Origin: Eledone cirrhosa
Lineage: Eukaryota
Direction of reading: 5' to 3'
Assembly (NCBI GenBank): GCA_964016885.1
Contig: OZ024741.1
Location: forward strand, 238,204,001 to 238,268,000
DNA length: 64,000 nt
Of the stretch, positions 51,230-63,881 are shown one piece after another. The notes below the pieces were generated by a model. It made no database searches, had not been told where the DNA came from, and saw only the letters and a list, made by a program, of their open reading frames with translations. Numbering within the stretch: the first letter of the stretch is position 1; each line of letters starts with the position of its first letter. The position numbers and the translations under genes were made by a program.

Positions 51230-52880
51230 ATATGTAGCTTCACTCTCACCTGCCTTCAAAGCCTAGGTGAGGATGATAAAATGTGCACTCTACTGTAGGA
51301 GAGCGATAGTGCTGGAGATACAACAAATGCACTCAAGTCACACTGAATAGTGGCCGAGCTGGTGCTATGATGGAGATCACCCAGTAAGGTGGTAGTGTCG
51401 GAGTGATGATAACATGCGCCTATTACATTCTGTTAAGTAGTTGGCATTAGAAAGAACATCCAGCTGTAAAAACCGAGTCAAAAGTGGATTGTACAAACAA
51501 GATGTGGGCATATGACCTTATTAGCCCCAGTACATGACAATATGTGTAATCCATGCAAGCATGCAAAATAGATTTTAAATGGTGATGCTAATGATGGTGA
51601 TATATGTATGTATGTAAGTATATATATATATATATATATCTTCATCTCATCATCATCATCGTTTAACGTCCATCTTCCATGCTAGCATGGGTTGGACGGG
51701 TTTGTCCCACTTGAGGCAAGATTGGTCAGGTGACTGTGTCTCAATCGTACAAAACTGTTTCTGGCAGGCTTTCTATGGCTGGAGGTCCCTCTTAACACCA
51801 ACCACATTTACAGTGTGGACTGGGAGTCCATTTTTACCATGTCTCTTACATGACCACTTTACAGTGTGGACTGGGTGCTTTTTGTCGTGTCACCTACACG
51901 ACCACTTTACAGTGGATGGAAGTGGGAGGATGGAGTAGGGGATGTGAGGTGGTAGTGCATATTGGATTAAGAGGTGCCTACTGACTGTAGGATTAAGTGT
52001 GTTTGTAAGGGAAGGCGGGTCTTCTGTATAACTGCATGGCGCTAAAGATCACAATCCAGTGACATTGTCTTAGAGAGTTGTAAGTGAGCAAGGTCTTTTT
52101 ATCACCTCGTCCCAGGTTTTTCTTGGTCTACCCACTCTGAAGCTCCCATCAATTTTGATCGCTCTGCATTTTTTTATACATATATATATATATATATATA
52201 TGTCTGGGGCATGAAACCTCTAGCGTTAGTAGACTACATAATAAATGTTCCCAGAACACTCTGTAAAATACTTGGTGATAAGAAGGGCATTTAGCCATAG
52301 AGAACCTGCCAAACAAAGAATTGGGAAGACTCTTAAGGCATGACAACTTCCCTTATGTTAATACCAAGATAAAATGCACTTTCTGGAGTATAGGATTGTA
52401 TGTTAGGCCCCTGATCCACATGGAAGTCAGTGGCACCGCTTAAATATTGATCAGTGTGTGATGACATGTCCAACTCTTGCAAGCAGGCAAAACAGACATT
52501 AAAAGATAACGATAAAGATGATACACACATACATATATATATGCATGCACCCCCCCGCCCCGAATCATCATCACCATCGCTGTTTTATGTCCATTCTTCC
52601 ATGCTAGCATGAGTTAGACGGGTTGTTCTGCTGTGGGCAATGTTAAGTCGGGTAACTTTGTCCTGCTCATACGGGAGCTGATTCTGGCTTGATTTCTACA
52701 GCTGGATGCCCTTCCTAACACCAACCTCATTTACAGTGAATGCTGGGTGCTTTATCTCCGTGGCGCCTACACGACCACTTTACAGGGTGGGCTGGGTGTT
52801 TTTTATCGTGATACCTCCACGACCACTTTGCAGTAGGAGTGGATGGGGGCATATTGTCTATATGCTTCAGCTTCGGCTCC
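51230..52880. repeat. Cluster of RTE-tailed SINE/LINE 3' fragments in both orientations, with microsatellites
   Basis: Repeated ggc.ttaggaagggcatccagctgta..aacccatgc(a/t)agcatggaa..(atg)n. Segment 52565-52880 is the reverse complement of the RTE 3' UTR at 18370-18680. Confidence 0.75.
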
Positions 52881-53434
52881 CATATATATACACACACACA
52901 TACAAATATATATATATAATATATAAATATATATACTCACCCTGCATCATACAATGTAACGAGTACAATTCAGATATGTGGTTTTCCTGGTCCTCGTACT
53001 GCAGATTAACAATATACCTATATATAAAGTTCCTGTCTATTTGTTTGTTTGTTCACGAACTCCTCCTATGGTTTGGGAGATAGACCCCCATAACCATATA
53101 TATTCTGAAACTACATTGCCCAGGGTACTAGAATAAGTATATTTCATTTTAAGCAAAGGGTTCCCCAGGGGCACAAACCTCCGCTGAAAGTTTTTTCCCT
53201 TCGATTTATATGAAATTTAAACCATTGGTAAATGACAAGATATGATGCCTATTCATAAACTTTCAGCAAATTTCAATAAACTCCCTATAGTGAAAATTTT
53301 GGGAGCCCAAATAAAATAATGCTTTACACAAAAATGAAATGATCAAGTTTTGAATTGATATTTTGAAAAAAAGAAACAAAATAAGAAAAAGATTCAATAA
53401 TGTAATTTTGATTTGATATATTACAAAAAATAAT

Positions 53435-53610
53435 TGTTTCTACTTTTGGCACAAGGCCAGCAATTATCCCAGTGTATTACTGATACTTTATTTTATCGAC
53501 CCCGTAAGGATGAAAGGCAAAGTTAACCTTGGCGGGATTTGAACTCAGTCCGTAAAGGGATGTAACTGTGCTGGAAAGCATGGCGTCCGACCCTCTACCG
53601 ATACTGCCAA
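53435..53610 (-). repeat. CORE-like SINE, close relative of 39222-39404
   Basis: Near reverse complement of the 39222 copy. Confidence 0.8.
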
Positions 53611-53734
53611 TAATGTTTTTCAATTTTTCATGCATTACATTTTACATTGAGTAATATTAAAATGAAGAGTTTCTCTCCATAAATTATATCACTGATTTAA
53701 AATCAATCATCTAAAGAGACTTATATCATAACAT

Positions 53735-54142
53735 TGACGACCTGTCTAACCCATGCAAGCATGGAAAGACAGATGTTAAACATTTGGCGTTAGGAAGGGC
53801 AGCCTACAGCAGTTGTAAAAACCCACCCAAAACACCACCCCACTATGAGCAAGGTACAGTGTGGCCAACTAGTCAGACCTCCCTCATAATAGAGACCACT
53901 CAGGTCCCCAAATAATATGGTTCCACTATGAGCAGACCCTCCTCATAATGGGACCACCCAGTTCCACACTGTAAACATGGTTGGTGTTAGGGAGAGCATC
54001 CAGCTGTAAAAAAAACAGCCAAAACACGGTTTCATATGAGAAAGGTATGGCACGGTCAACTGGCCAGACTTGCTTCATAGCATGGACAACACGTCTAACC
54101 CATGCAAGCATGGAAAAATAGACTTTAAATGGTGATGATGAT
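53735..54142 (+). repeat. RTE-tail SINE fragments
   Basis: ctaacccatgcaagcatggaaa occurs twice, followed by an (atg)n tail. Confidence 0.65.
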
Positions 54143-55386
54143 ATATATATATTTATATACATACAAAGAGATTCCTTCTGTTGAGTTAAATTACTTCATT
54201 AAATGAAGTTGTGAACTCTTAGAGTTAAAATAGAATTTAGTACTGCTAGTAACTGAAGAAGCTGGTTTCAAATGATGTGAACTATCAACAAACTACAGGA
54301 GACATATTTTCTTAAGCATTTTGCACCACATTTCTATTAACATACACTGTATTTCAAATAATTAATTAAAATATTGGAGGGATTTACTAAAATTATTTTC
54401 ATTATGAAGATGGTATTTGCTACATAATTTAACAAATGGCTTTGATATAAAATTATATTGGAAGGTTTTAAGAAAGAAGGAAACCTTTAAAGTGGGTACT
54501 TTCATTTCACAGAACTAGAGGTATTTGGGTGTAAATTGGTACCAAAACAGTTCAAGAATAATGACAAAAATATAAGCTGAACGGTTCACCAATGGATACT
54601 AAAAGGTCTTATGAAACAATGCACAGTAGGATATCATCCAAAATCATTCAGTTCTTATAGGAAAGAAAATATAACAGAAAATGGAACATTAAACATTCAT
54701 TTACATTGTATCACAAATTATTTCTAGTTTAATTTTCTATCATCCATTGAGTTCCACCATCTTGAATATAAATCTTTTCTTTACAATCTTTCGTTTATAA
54801 TGAACTGTGGAGAAATGAGATATTTCATGTAGTTGTTATATTTCAACTATCTAAATCTATTCACCTATACAAGGAAGAAGAAATGATATAAACCAATTTA
54901 TCAGAAACATATTCTTGAAACTTAACTATATACTTCTATAAATATTTTCTGACATAAGTAAAAATTAATTCTCTATTTTAACTACATTACACAAATATTA
55001 TACATAAAATATATTATATCAATATATATAAGACTTTATATAATTAAATAGATAAGTTGGTTGATTGTTGAGTGTGGTTCTAATTGCAATGGGTGTAGAT
55101 ATATTTCAGAGGTAATGGTACTACTTCTACACCTATTCTTGACTTTAATGGTGGAAGTAGTGGCTAGATCTCTCTATCTACCAGTGTACAGCGTCACTGC
55201 TTGTGCATGCATGTATGTATATATATATATATATATATGTATACACTCATATAACAGGGTATACGTTTTAAATATCATCCTTATTCTGTGTTTCACTATA
55301 AACAAATATAATATAAATGTTATGATGATTCTGAAAAATAAGAGAAGGGGAGATAGATAGATAGAGAAAGAGAGAGAGAGACTTAC

Positions 55387-55730
55387 CTTCATTGTTTAAT
55401 ACATCACTGTAGTTGGTTGTGAGGGATGTGTATCCTGCTGTAGTGCTCCAGTATAACTGCTGCAGCTATTGTAGTGATGTTCCATTGTGATTGCTGCTGT
55501 TATAGCCGTGTTCCAGTGTAACTGTTGATGTAGTGGTGTTCCAGTGTTGTTATTGTAGTGATGTTCAACGATTACTGCAGTTGAGCATTATTCTAGTGTA
55601 ACTGGTATTTTAGAAATTTAACAGGGGTTGAATGTAGTAGTAGATGAGTTGTTAGCCAAATGGTGGTGAGACTATGTCTTCCACATACACAAAACATGTA
55701 TCATGAACAAAGAAAAAAAGCTAACGGCCT
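55387..55730 (-). other. Putative 5' leader exon of P6 (splices to 44806 across a 10.6-kb intron)
   Basis: Diverged copy ending ATGAAG|GTAAGT; acceptor tacttgcag|AA. The 5' boundary is approximate. Confidence 0.65.
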
Positions 55731-55997
55731 CACTTTGAATATTAAAAAAAATAAAATTTCTCCCATCCAATAGGAAATTACTGCAGCTGCTGTGATGTTC
55801 CAGTGTAACTGCTGGTGTGACAGTAGCTGGTGTGGCAGTAGGAGATGGGATGTTAGCTAGATAGTGGTGGAGTGATAGTTACAACACTATGTCCTCCACT
55901 CACACAATACTGTGTATCATGAACAAAGAAAAATGTTATAAGGCTCACTTTGAATATTGAAAAAAATAACATCTCTCTCATCCATTACTGAAATGTT
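55720..55997 (-). promoter_or_regulatory. Tandemly duplicated promoter-like block of P6
   Basis: ctcactttgaatatt occurs at ~55729 (CCAAT retained) and ~55944 (CCAAT lost). Confidence 0.55.
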
Positions 55998-56547
55998 GCT
56001 TGTGTAATACAAACATGAAACAATATACTTCATGTTTAAGCAGAAGCAGTATGAATATATTTTATGATTGATAATCAAATTATGTATTTAGTTTTGCTAT
56101 TGTTCATCACTAAATATATTATATTAGTTTATACTAATAAAAGTATTCTTTATTTCATTATGATAATCAATCCATATAAACTTCATGTTCAAGCAGAAAA
56201 TTGTATGATGACAAAATTAAGATATTATTGTTTAGAATATAGCAAAAGCATTTGAAAACACCAGCCCTTGGCTAACATAACAGAGCTAAAAATATTAACT
56301 AAAAATTATGCTAAATGGCTTTAGTGGTATAAAATCTATTTTCAGTTATGATTCATTAGATTAATGTAATATTCTATTTGTATTGCTAGAGAAGAAACAA
56401 TAACCCTATATATTAAATGGGGAAATATATATATATATATATATGATTTTACGAAAGGCATATAATTGATATTCTTATATCAATATAATGTATTCTATAA
56501 CATTTGGTGTGTGAGAGAATCATTTAACAAATGTGATGGGACATCTA

Positions 56548-56627
56548 CTATGTTGGCTGTAGATAGGTATCTTGTACTTGTTGACCCTTTTGTATTGTGG
56601 CTGGAACTGGATTGTCATTGGTATATT
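56548..56627 (-). CDS. Protocadherin P7 terminal coding exon
   Basis: 80 nt, ttctag|AA acceptor, TAG stop. Confidence 0.8.
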
Positions 56628-56777
56628 CTAGAAAATATAAAATATAGAAATGGAAATTATATTTCAATATAACAACTATGTAAAGATATAAACATTGATG
56701 TTTTGATGTTATATCACACTAACTATAACATTATATATTGTCTGACAGTAACAAAGAGAATTATATTTCTATGTTAT

Positions 56778-57114
56778 CATCATCATCATCATTTTACGTC
56801 CGCTTTTCCCTGCTTGCAAGGGTGGGACGGGAACTGATTCTGGCTTGATTTCTACAGCTGGATGCCCTTCCTAACGCCAACCTCATTTACAGTGAGTGCT
56901 GGGTGCTTTTTTGCCGTGGCACCTCCACGACCACTTTGCAGTGGAATGATATGGACCCCAGTCCCTATCATATCATTTCTACAGCTGAGTAAACTGGAGC
57001 AATGTGAAATAAAGTGTCTTGCTCAAGGAAACAACACATCACCCGGTCTAAGAATTGAACTCACAACCTTTCGATTGCAAGGCCAATGCTCTAACCACTA
57101 AGCCATGTGCCTCC
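56778..57114 (-). mobile_element. Full-length tRNA-derived SINE with RTE-type 3' tail
   Basis: Head GGAGGCACATGGCTTAGTGGTTAGAGC with box B GAGTTCAATTC. Tail shared with the RTE at 18500-18680, ending (ATG)n. TSD ATGTTAT at 56771-56777 and 57115-57121. The site is empty in P2, P3, P4 and P6. Confidence 0.9.
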
Positions 57115-57138
57115 ATGTTATGTTTAAATAAAAGTTAC

Positions 57139-57286
57139 CTGGTTGTGCAGATATCTCTTCATATGGTTTAGTCTTGCCAATACTCTTGTAACCTTCTCTG
57201 CTTTTTTGTGATGTTAAGGTGTCACTGTTATAGTTAGACATGCTGAGACTGGTGCGACCTTCATGACTATGGATTGAATCACATCT
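57139..57286 (-). CDS. Protocadherin P7 148-nt cytoplasmic exon
   Basis: Canonical AG/GT. Confidence 0.85.
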
Positions 57287-57969
57287 CTGTGGATTATAAA
57301 AGAGGGATGATGATGAATATATGTAATATCTAATGTATCAGAGATGTAAATTCAGGGTCATGATATATGTAATTGCAAATAAGCTTGTTGTGTGTGATGT
57401 TTAAAAGAAATACAGAGTCAAAGTTTATTATAATGTTAACTTGAATAGACCGTCAATAACACAAGAAAATCATTTTATGTAGAATAAATCAATCAATTAT
57501 TTATCTTTTACTTATTCTAGCTAGTGGGTTGTGACCATACTGTGGTTTCTAGTTGTTTAAAATCATATCAAGAAATATTGAATGATCAGCTGGAAACAGT
57601 AAAACAGAGAATCAACAGTGTATAATCTAAGTAAAATAAATAAATAAATAAATATAATCCTTTATGTATTTATTATATTAGAGTACCAACAGAAAGCCTG
57701 TCTTGCAACGTGAGGACCAGAAACAGCAGGTGTTCAAGATTGGGAGGCAGTGTGTCAAAGGGAATTGAGATGTCATTGGAGAGAAGCTGTAGAAATCAAG
57801 CCAGAACCAGTTCCCATATGAGTAAAACACAACAGGACTACCTGTCTAACCCATGCTAGTGTGGAAGAACGGACGTAAAACGGTGATGATGATGATGATG
57901 ATACACACACACGTGTGTGTGTGTGTATCATCATCATCATCATCACCGTTTTACGTCCGTTCTTCCACA

Positions 57970-58303
57970 TATCATCATCATCATTTCATTTTACGTCCGC
58001 TTTTCCCTGCTTGCAAGGGTGGGACGGGAACTGATTCTGGCTTGATTTCTACAGCTGGATGCCCTTCCTAACACCAACCTCATTTACAGTGAGTGCTGGG
58101 TGTTTTTTGCCGTGGTACCTCCACGACCACTTTGCAGTGGAATGATAGGGATCCCAGTCCCTATCATCTCATTTCTACAGCTGAGTAAAATGTGAAATAA
58201 AGTGTCTTGCTCAAGGAAACAACAAATCACCCGGTCTGAGAATTGAACTCACAACCTTTCGATTGCAAGGCCAATGCTCTAACCACTAAGCCATGTGCCT
58301 CCA
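57970..58303 (-). mobile_element. Second copy of the RTE-tailed tRNA SINE
   Basis: Near-identical to 56778-57114. Confidence 0.88.
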
Positions 58304-58311
58304 CTTATATG

Positions 58312-58380
<69 letters not shown>

Positions 58381-58387
58381 GATATAC

Positions 58388-59120
58388 ACACACATATATA
58401 TAGAGAGACTAGCATTAAAGCCCGGCGCTGCTCGGGGCATTAAGTTATCAAAGTTAGGTTGCACCACCCATTTTATGGCAGCACTTTTTTGTCTGCCAGG
58501 CACTGGGTGAATGAATTGCAGACCTGGAAGCAGGAGCTGCGCCAGCAGTGACAATTGTAGTTTTGCCTATGGATATTATCTCTGTGCAAAAAAGTGTTGG
58601 AATTTAATTGTTTCACAGTACTTGCGCAACACACGCGTAGACGATGCCAGCCGAACAACAGAGCTGCGATGGAGTTGTTCTGCATGGTTGTCTGTGTGTT
58701 TTCTAAATTTAAGACAGTAGGGAGGGGTGTGATATGGGGGAGAGTTAGCTGCTGTTTCTAGCAGGTTTAGTAACCTCATAGAGGATATGTGTTTTCTAAA
58801 TTTAAGACAGTAGGGAGTGGTGTGAACGGACAGTATCACCATCAAGCTTGGAAAGAGAAAGTAGCAGAAAGTATGAAGTTGTATAGATTTTGAATGGTAG
58901 TGGAAAGAGTTTAGCAGTTTAAATGACAGAGAAAAGTCGTAAAATATTGAGTTTTATCTATTTTTTGCGTAATTGTGGGTGAAATTGAAAAAATTATCTG
59001 CGTCAAGACGCAATCGAAATTGTTTCGGATTCTGAGTGGTAAATTTCAATTGAAGAAATTCTATATTGTAAATTTCTATAACGAAGGAGCTTGACCACAC
59101 ACTGAGCTTTATAGATTATG
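58388..59120 (+). mobile_element. Non-autonomous Helentron/DINE-like element
   Basis: Starts ACTAGC plus hairpin cccggcgctgctcggg and ends gagctttatagattatgat. Internal direct repeat tgtgttttctaaatttaagacagtaggga. Inserted in microsatellite. Confidence 0.5.
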
Positions 59121-59556
59121 ATATACACACACATCATCATCATCATCATCATCATTTTACGTCCGCTTTTCCCTGCTTGCATACATACATAACATCCTGC
59201 TTGTATACATACATAACATCCAGCTGTAGCAATCAAGCCAGAATCAGTTACTGTATGAGCAAGACAAGGCCAGCCGACTGGACACTGCCCACAACAGGAC
59301 AACTCATCTAACCCATGCTAGCATGGAAGAACGGACATAAAACGATGATGATGATGATGATGATACATAAATATATATATAGCCGTCGAAACGGCTTGAG
59401 CTCTGCCGTCAGGATTAAACATTTTCCTATATATATATATATATATATGTATATGATGATGATGATGATATATATAAAACGAAGGACGTGTGGGAAGGAA
59501 CCAGGTGGACCATAACGCACAAGAGTACTCAATACTTTGCGTAGTAGAGTAGGTAA

Positions 59557-59636
59557 TAGGAAAAGGTTCAGGATCCCGACGGCAGAGCTCAAGCCGTTTA
59601 GACGGCTATTTCCGGACAGTCCTGAACCTTTTCCTA
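59557..59636. mobile_element. ~80-bp MITE with TIR TAGGAAAAGGTTCAGGA; partial inverted copy at 59380-59429
   Basis: taggaaaaggttcagga...tcctgaaccttttccta; TA-flanked. Confidence 0.6.
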
Positions 59637-59712
59637 TATATATATATATCAACACAGGTCATTAAACTTATGTCCACCTCAAAGCCATCATGAGATCTAA
59701 AATTATATTTAC

Positions 59713-62112
59713 CTGTGGAACTGGTGGAAGTCTCCTTTGTGTTGTTGAGAATTTCCACTCATCTGGTAGCTGTTCCATCTCTGGATAAAACTGACTTTTA
59801 GATTTTATTGTCTGGAGATTTCTAGCAAATATATCTTCTGCATTTCTCGTTATTGCAACAGGATTGTTAGTCTGCGACAATAATTGTCTCATCTCAGTCT
59901 GAGACAGAAAGTTTGGATTATCTGCTGTTGTAGGTGAGTTATTGGTGTGATTAATACATCTGAAAACACACAGTGTTATTGACACTACAATAGCCACAGA
60001 TATTATTACAGCTGCTGCTACAATGATAATTACCCAAGTCATATTGAGGTTGTTACCAGTCTGTAAGTGGACAGCATTCAACATTGGAGATGTATCATTA
60101 CTAACAAACAGTGTTAGTATGATAACAGTTGTTGCTGATTGAACTGGAGTACCACCATCTTTCGCTATAAACTGTAGGTCATATGTTCCTGCATCATTTT
60201 GGTAAACTGTCCGAGAGAAAGATAAGACACCAGTGTGGGAGTTGACTGTAAACAGGTTTTTATCATTAGATCTCAGTATTCCATATGTGAGGAAAGCATT
60301 GTTTCCAGTGTCTTTGTCAGAGGCTTTCAGAATTGTGATGTCTTTCTTACTGTGTGGATGGTAGTGGACATCTAGATTGTAAGGGTCATTAATAGGAAAG
60401 GTTAAATAGGGAGCATTATCATTTTTATCTAGAATCTCAATAACAATATTGGCAGTGTCATTCAGAGAAGGTGTTCCATTATCTTTGACTAAAGCCTGGA
60501 ATTTATAGATGTCTTTCACTTCCCGATCTATTGATTGTGATGTAGAAATAAATCCATATTTTGTAAGTTGGAAAGGAATGTTATCTTTGTTGTTATTGAT
60601 GATAGAATATGTAAGTTGACCTCCATCTCCAAGATCAGGGTCTGTAGCATTGATGAAGCCAATAGGGAAGTCAACTTTCTGGTTTTCATAAGTGAGGAAT
60701 TGGAATGTATCTTTGGTAAAATGTGGCTGTACATCATTGACATCAGTTACTTTCACTGAGAAATATTTCTTAGTTTCTAGTTGAGGTGATCCCATGTCAT
60801 GACATACAATAGATACTTTATAGTGGTCATTTATTTCTCTATCAAGATGGCCTTTAATAATCATTTTATATTCTTTAGAATCTATTTTGGTAAGTTTAAA
60901 TTTATCATGTTTTAAATCACAGCTAACCTCACCATTAGGTCCAACATCAGTGTCAGTGACCATAACATAAGCTATAAAACTATCTAGTTCACTGTCTTCT
61001 GAAACTGCTGTGGAACTTTCTGTTAAAGGTGATACATAGTCTATATTTATCACTGGAGCATTATTTTGGTTATTAATAATGTAAATATGAACTGTGGTTA
61101 CAGAACTAAGTTGAGGATTCCCTCCATCGCGTGCTTCAATAAACAATTTGTAGGACTGTTTTCCACCAAAAATAAAATTATCTTTCAAAAATATCTCTCC
61201 ATTTTTTTCTTTCAATAGAAAATGTTTCTGGATATTTCGAGATGTTTTATGGTTGAAATGATAGAAAATCTTTCCGTTGTTTTCAGAATCTAGATCTGTA
61301 GCTTTTAAAGTAAGAATTGGTAAATGTCTTTGATGTGAATTATTTATAGATATGTTGTAGACTTTCTGTGAAAATACAGGGGCATTATCATTAATATCTG
61401 TCACAACTATGTGTACCTTGAGGGTGGCAGTTTGGGGAGGGTGCCCTCCATCTTTAGCTTCAAGTGTCAATATATATGAGTCTTCTAGTTCTCTGTCTAA
61501 TTTTCTTTCTAAATTTAGGGCAGGTATGAAGACTCCATCATGCCGTTTTGTCATGTACAAAGAAAATGGGTCTCTTTCCTGTGTCATTATCTTATAAGTA
61601 ATTTGTGAATTTATGATAGTAATATCTCTGTCTATGGCATATGGAATTATCTTTCTGGTACCTTTCCAACTCTCTTCAGAATATTTAACAGTGATTTTAT
61701 CAACAAAAAATTCTGGAGAATTATCATTGATATCTTCAATGATTATCTTGAGTTTTAACATCTTCATAAAAGTTTTTCCTTTCCTCACTGCTACTTTAAC
61801 AATTCTGGAACATTCCTTGTTATATGTACACAGTGACTCAGCATCTAGTGTCTGTGTAGTATATAGTTTTCCTGTGTTGGTGACATTGAATAAGTGAGAA
61901 CCACTTGACACTGTCCTTTGTAGTTGTGTAAATGTAATGAGAGTGTGTTGTTGATGTGTAAGAGAGTGTGTTAAGTTAGAATCAATAGCAATGTCTCCTA
62001 TATAGGTGTGAGGACTGTCTTCTTCATTGACATGATATGTAATGTCTACAGACACTATAACCGACTGTTGTAAATATAATAAACACACCAGGTAAATGAT
62101 ATTTCCACTCAT
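59713..62112 (-). CDS. Protocadherin P7 large exon
   Basis: Same motifs as P2; donor CAG|GTAAAT at 59713; one-codon deletion in the EC5 Asn run. Confidence 0.96.
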
Positions 62113-63604
62113 ATCTGTATTTCTTCATTACTCCTTAATATTGGACATTGCTAGAAATAAAATATGTAAAAATTACAAACACAAAAAAAATCAAATTGAA
62201 TATATATTTGTAAGTGAAACTTGTTACAAACAACACAACTTTACTAAAAGATAAATTCTTGTAATATATAATAATGTCTAACATATTTAAATGTTCAATT
62301 TATTCAAATTTTTCTAATTATTGTAAGCAATAAGCTTATATACCAGAATTTAGGTTAGAAGTAGAGGTTTACTCTCTGAGGTACATCTCTGGTGTAAATA
62401 CATTTTCCTTAACGCTACATACTCTTCGTTACGATTTAGACTGACTTGGATTGGTTTTAAAATTTGCATATTCTAAGGAATTCATTGGTAGATATTTTGT
62501 TTGATTTTCTTTGGAAAGTCAACCCAATATTTATTTTCTGGTAAAATGACAAAAAACAAGCATCTTTCCAAGAAACATGTTGGTGATTAACTTTGAACTC
62601 CTGACCTAATCAGTACATCAGACGGATGGTTGAAACATGCAAGAAAGAGTTAAGAGAATTTTAAATATAAAGGGCAGTGTTCAAATATACATTGAGTTGT
62701 TCTACCAATATCAGAAAAATAATATATGTGTTCAAGCTGCTTTCTGATATGATATATCAATATGGTGACACTGACTATTTATATATGCCAACCACCACCA
62801 TGTTATACATATAGTATATAATTTCTTTATAGAGGGAAATGATTATCTCTAAACTGTCAGAAGTACTACTACTACTAGCACCACTACCACCACTACTACT
62901 ACTAACAACTATAATAATGTAAATATCTTTCTTACAGATTAGACAACAACATAATTTTCTCTATAATCAACATTTATATTACAATATAATTTTCCATCCA
63001 AAGAGGAAAGGCATAAAGGCCACTGATGCACAATATTTAAAAAGAGAATGAATAAAAGAGTATTTAGGTCACAGAAATAATAGAGTGTTAAAGATTTAGT
63101 AATCAACTAAACTCTCACGAAATAATGTATTACTAGACAGAAGCTTCCAAAAGAATAAGACTCTTATATTATACAAGGAAACAAAAGTAAACATTTTTCA
63201 TGACTATTACAATAAAACCAAATATTGTAGAATTCCATGATTTCCACCATCTTGACTGTATAACACGACAAAGTTTCTAATATAATCAAATAGAAATTCA
63301 GATATTTTTGAAAATTTTGATACAATACAATTTGTTTGAATGTTGAATGTTAATAACTCATCAGAGAGTAATTGTAACAGAAATACTTCATTAGATACCT
63401 TTATTTATACTATTGGATATTGATATATATTTATTGAGACATACTACCAACAGTATAAACTAAAGTAGAATCATATGAAGATAAAATCTGATTAGACATT
63501 CTATATATAATAAAGTAGACCTTTATAATCAGACTGAGCCTTGTGAACTCCAACTGCTCTGTAAAATATTATTTTAAAATATTACTCCAGCTATTGTTGT
63601 TGTT

Positions 63605-63653
63605 TATAATGATAATAATGAAATTATTGTGTACAGTGCTCAGGTGCACTACA
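63605..63653 (-). repeat. Extreme 3' tail of the CR1-like LINE
   Basis: ataataatgaaattattgtgtacagtgctcaggtgcactaca is identical to ~46215-46256 and absent in the matching P5 intron. Confidence 0.75.
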
Positions 63654-63842
63654 CTGTAATGGTGGAAATGATTGCTAGATCACTCTAACCTCCACTATCC
63701 CAGTCCCTTATATAGAAATACACAACATGGTAGACATTTTAGATATTATACTTACTCTGTGATACTCTAAAAACACACACAATATGAATATAAATGTTAT
63801 AATGAATACAAAGAGATAAGAGAGAGAGAGAGAGAGATAGTG

Positions 63843-63876
<34 letters not shown>

Positions 63877-63881
63877 CATAC

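Noticed and set aside
57040-57114. tRNA gene
   Set aside because: The tRNA-like box A/B sequence is the head of a SINE with tail and TSD; there is no complete cloverleaf.
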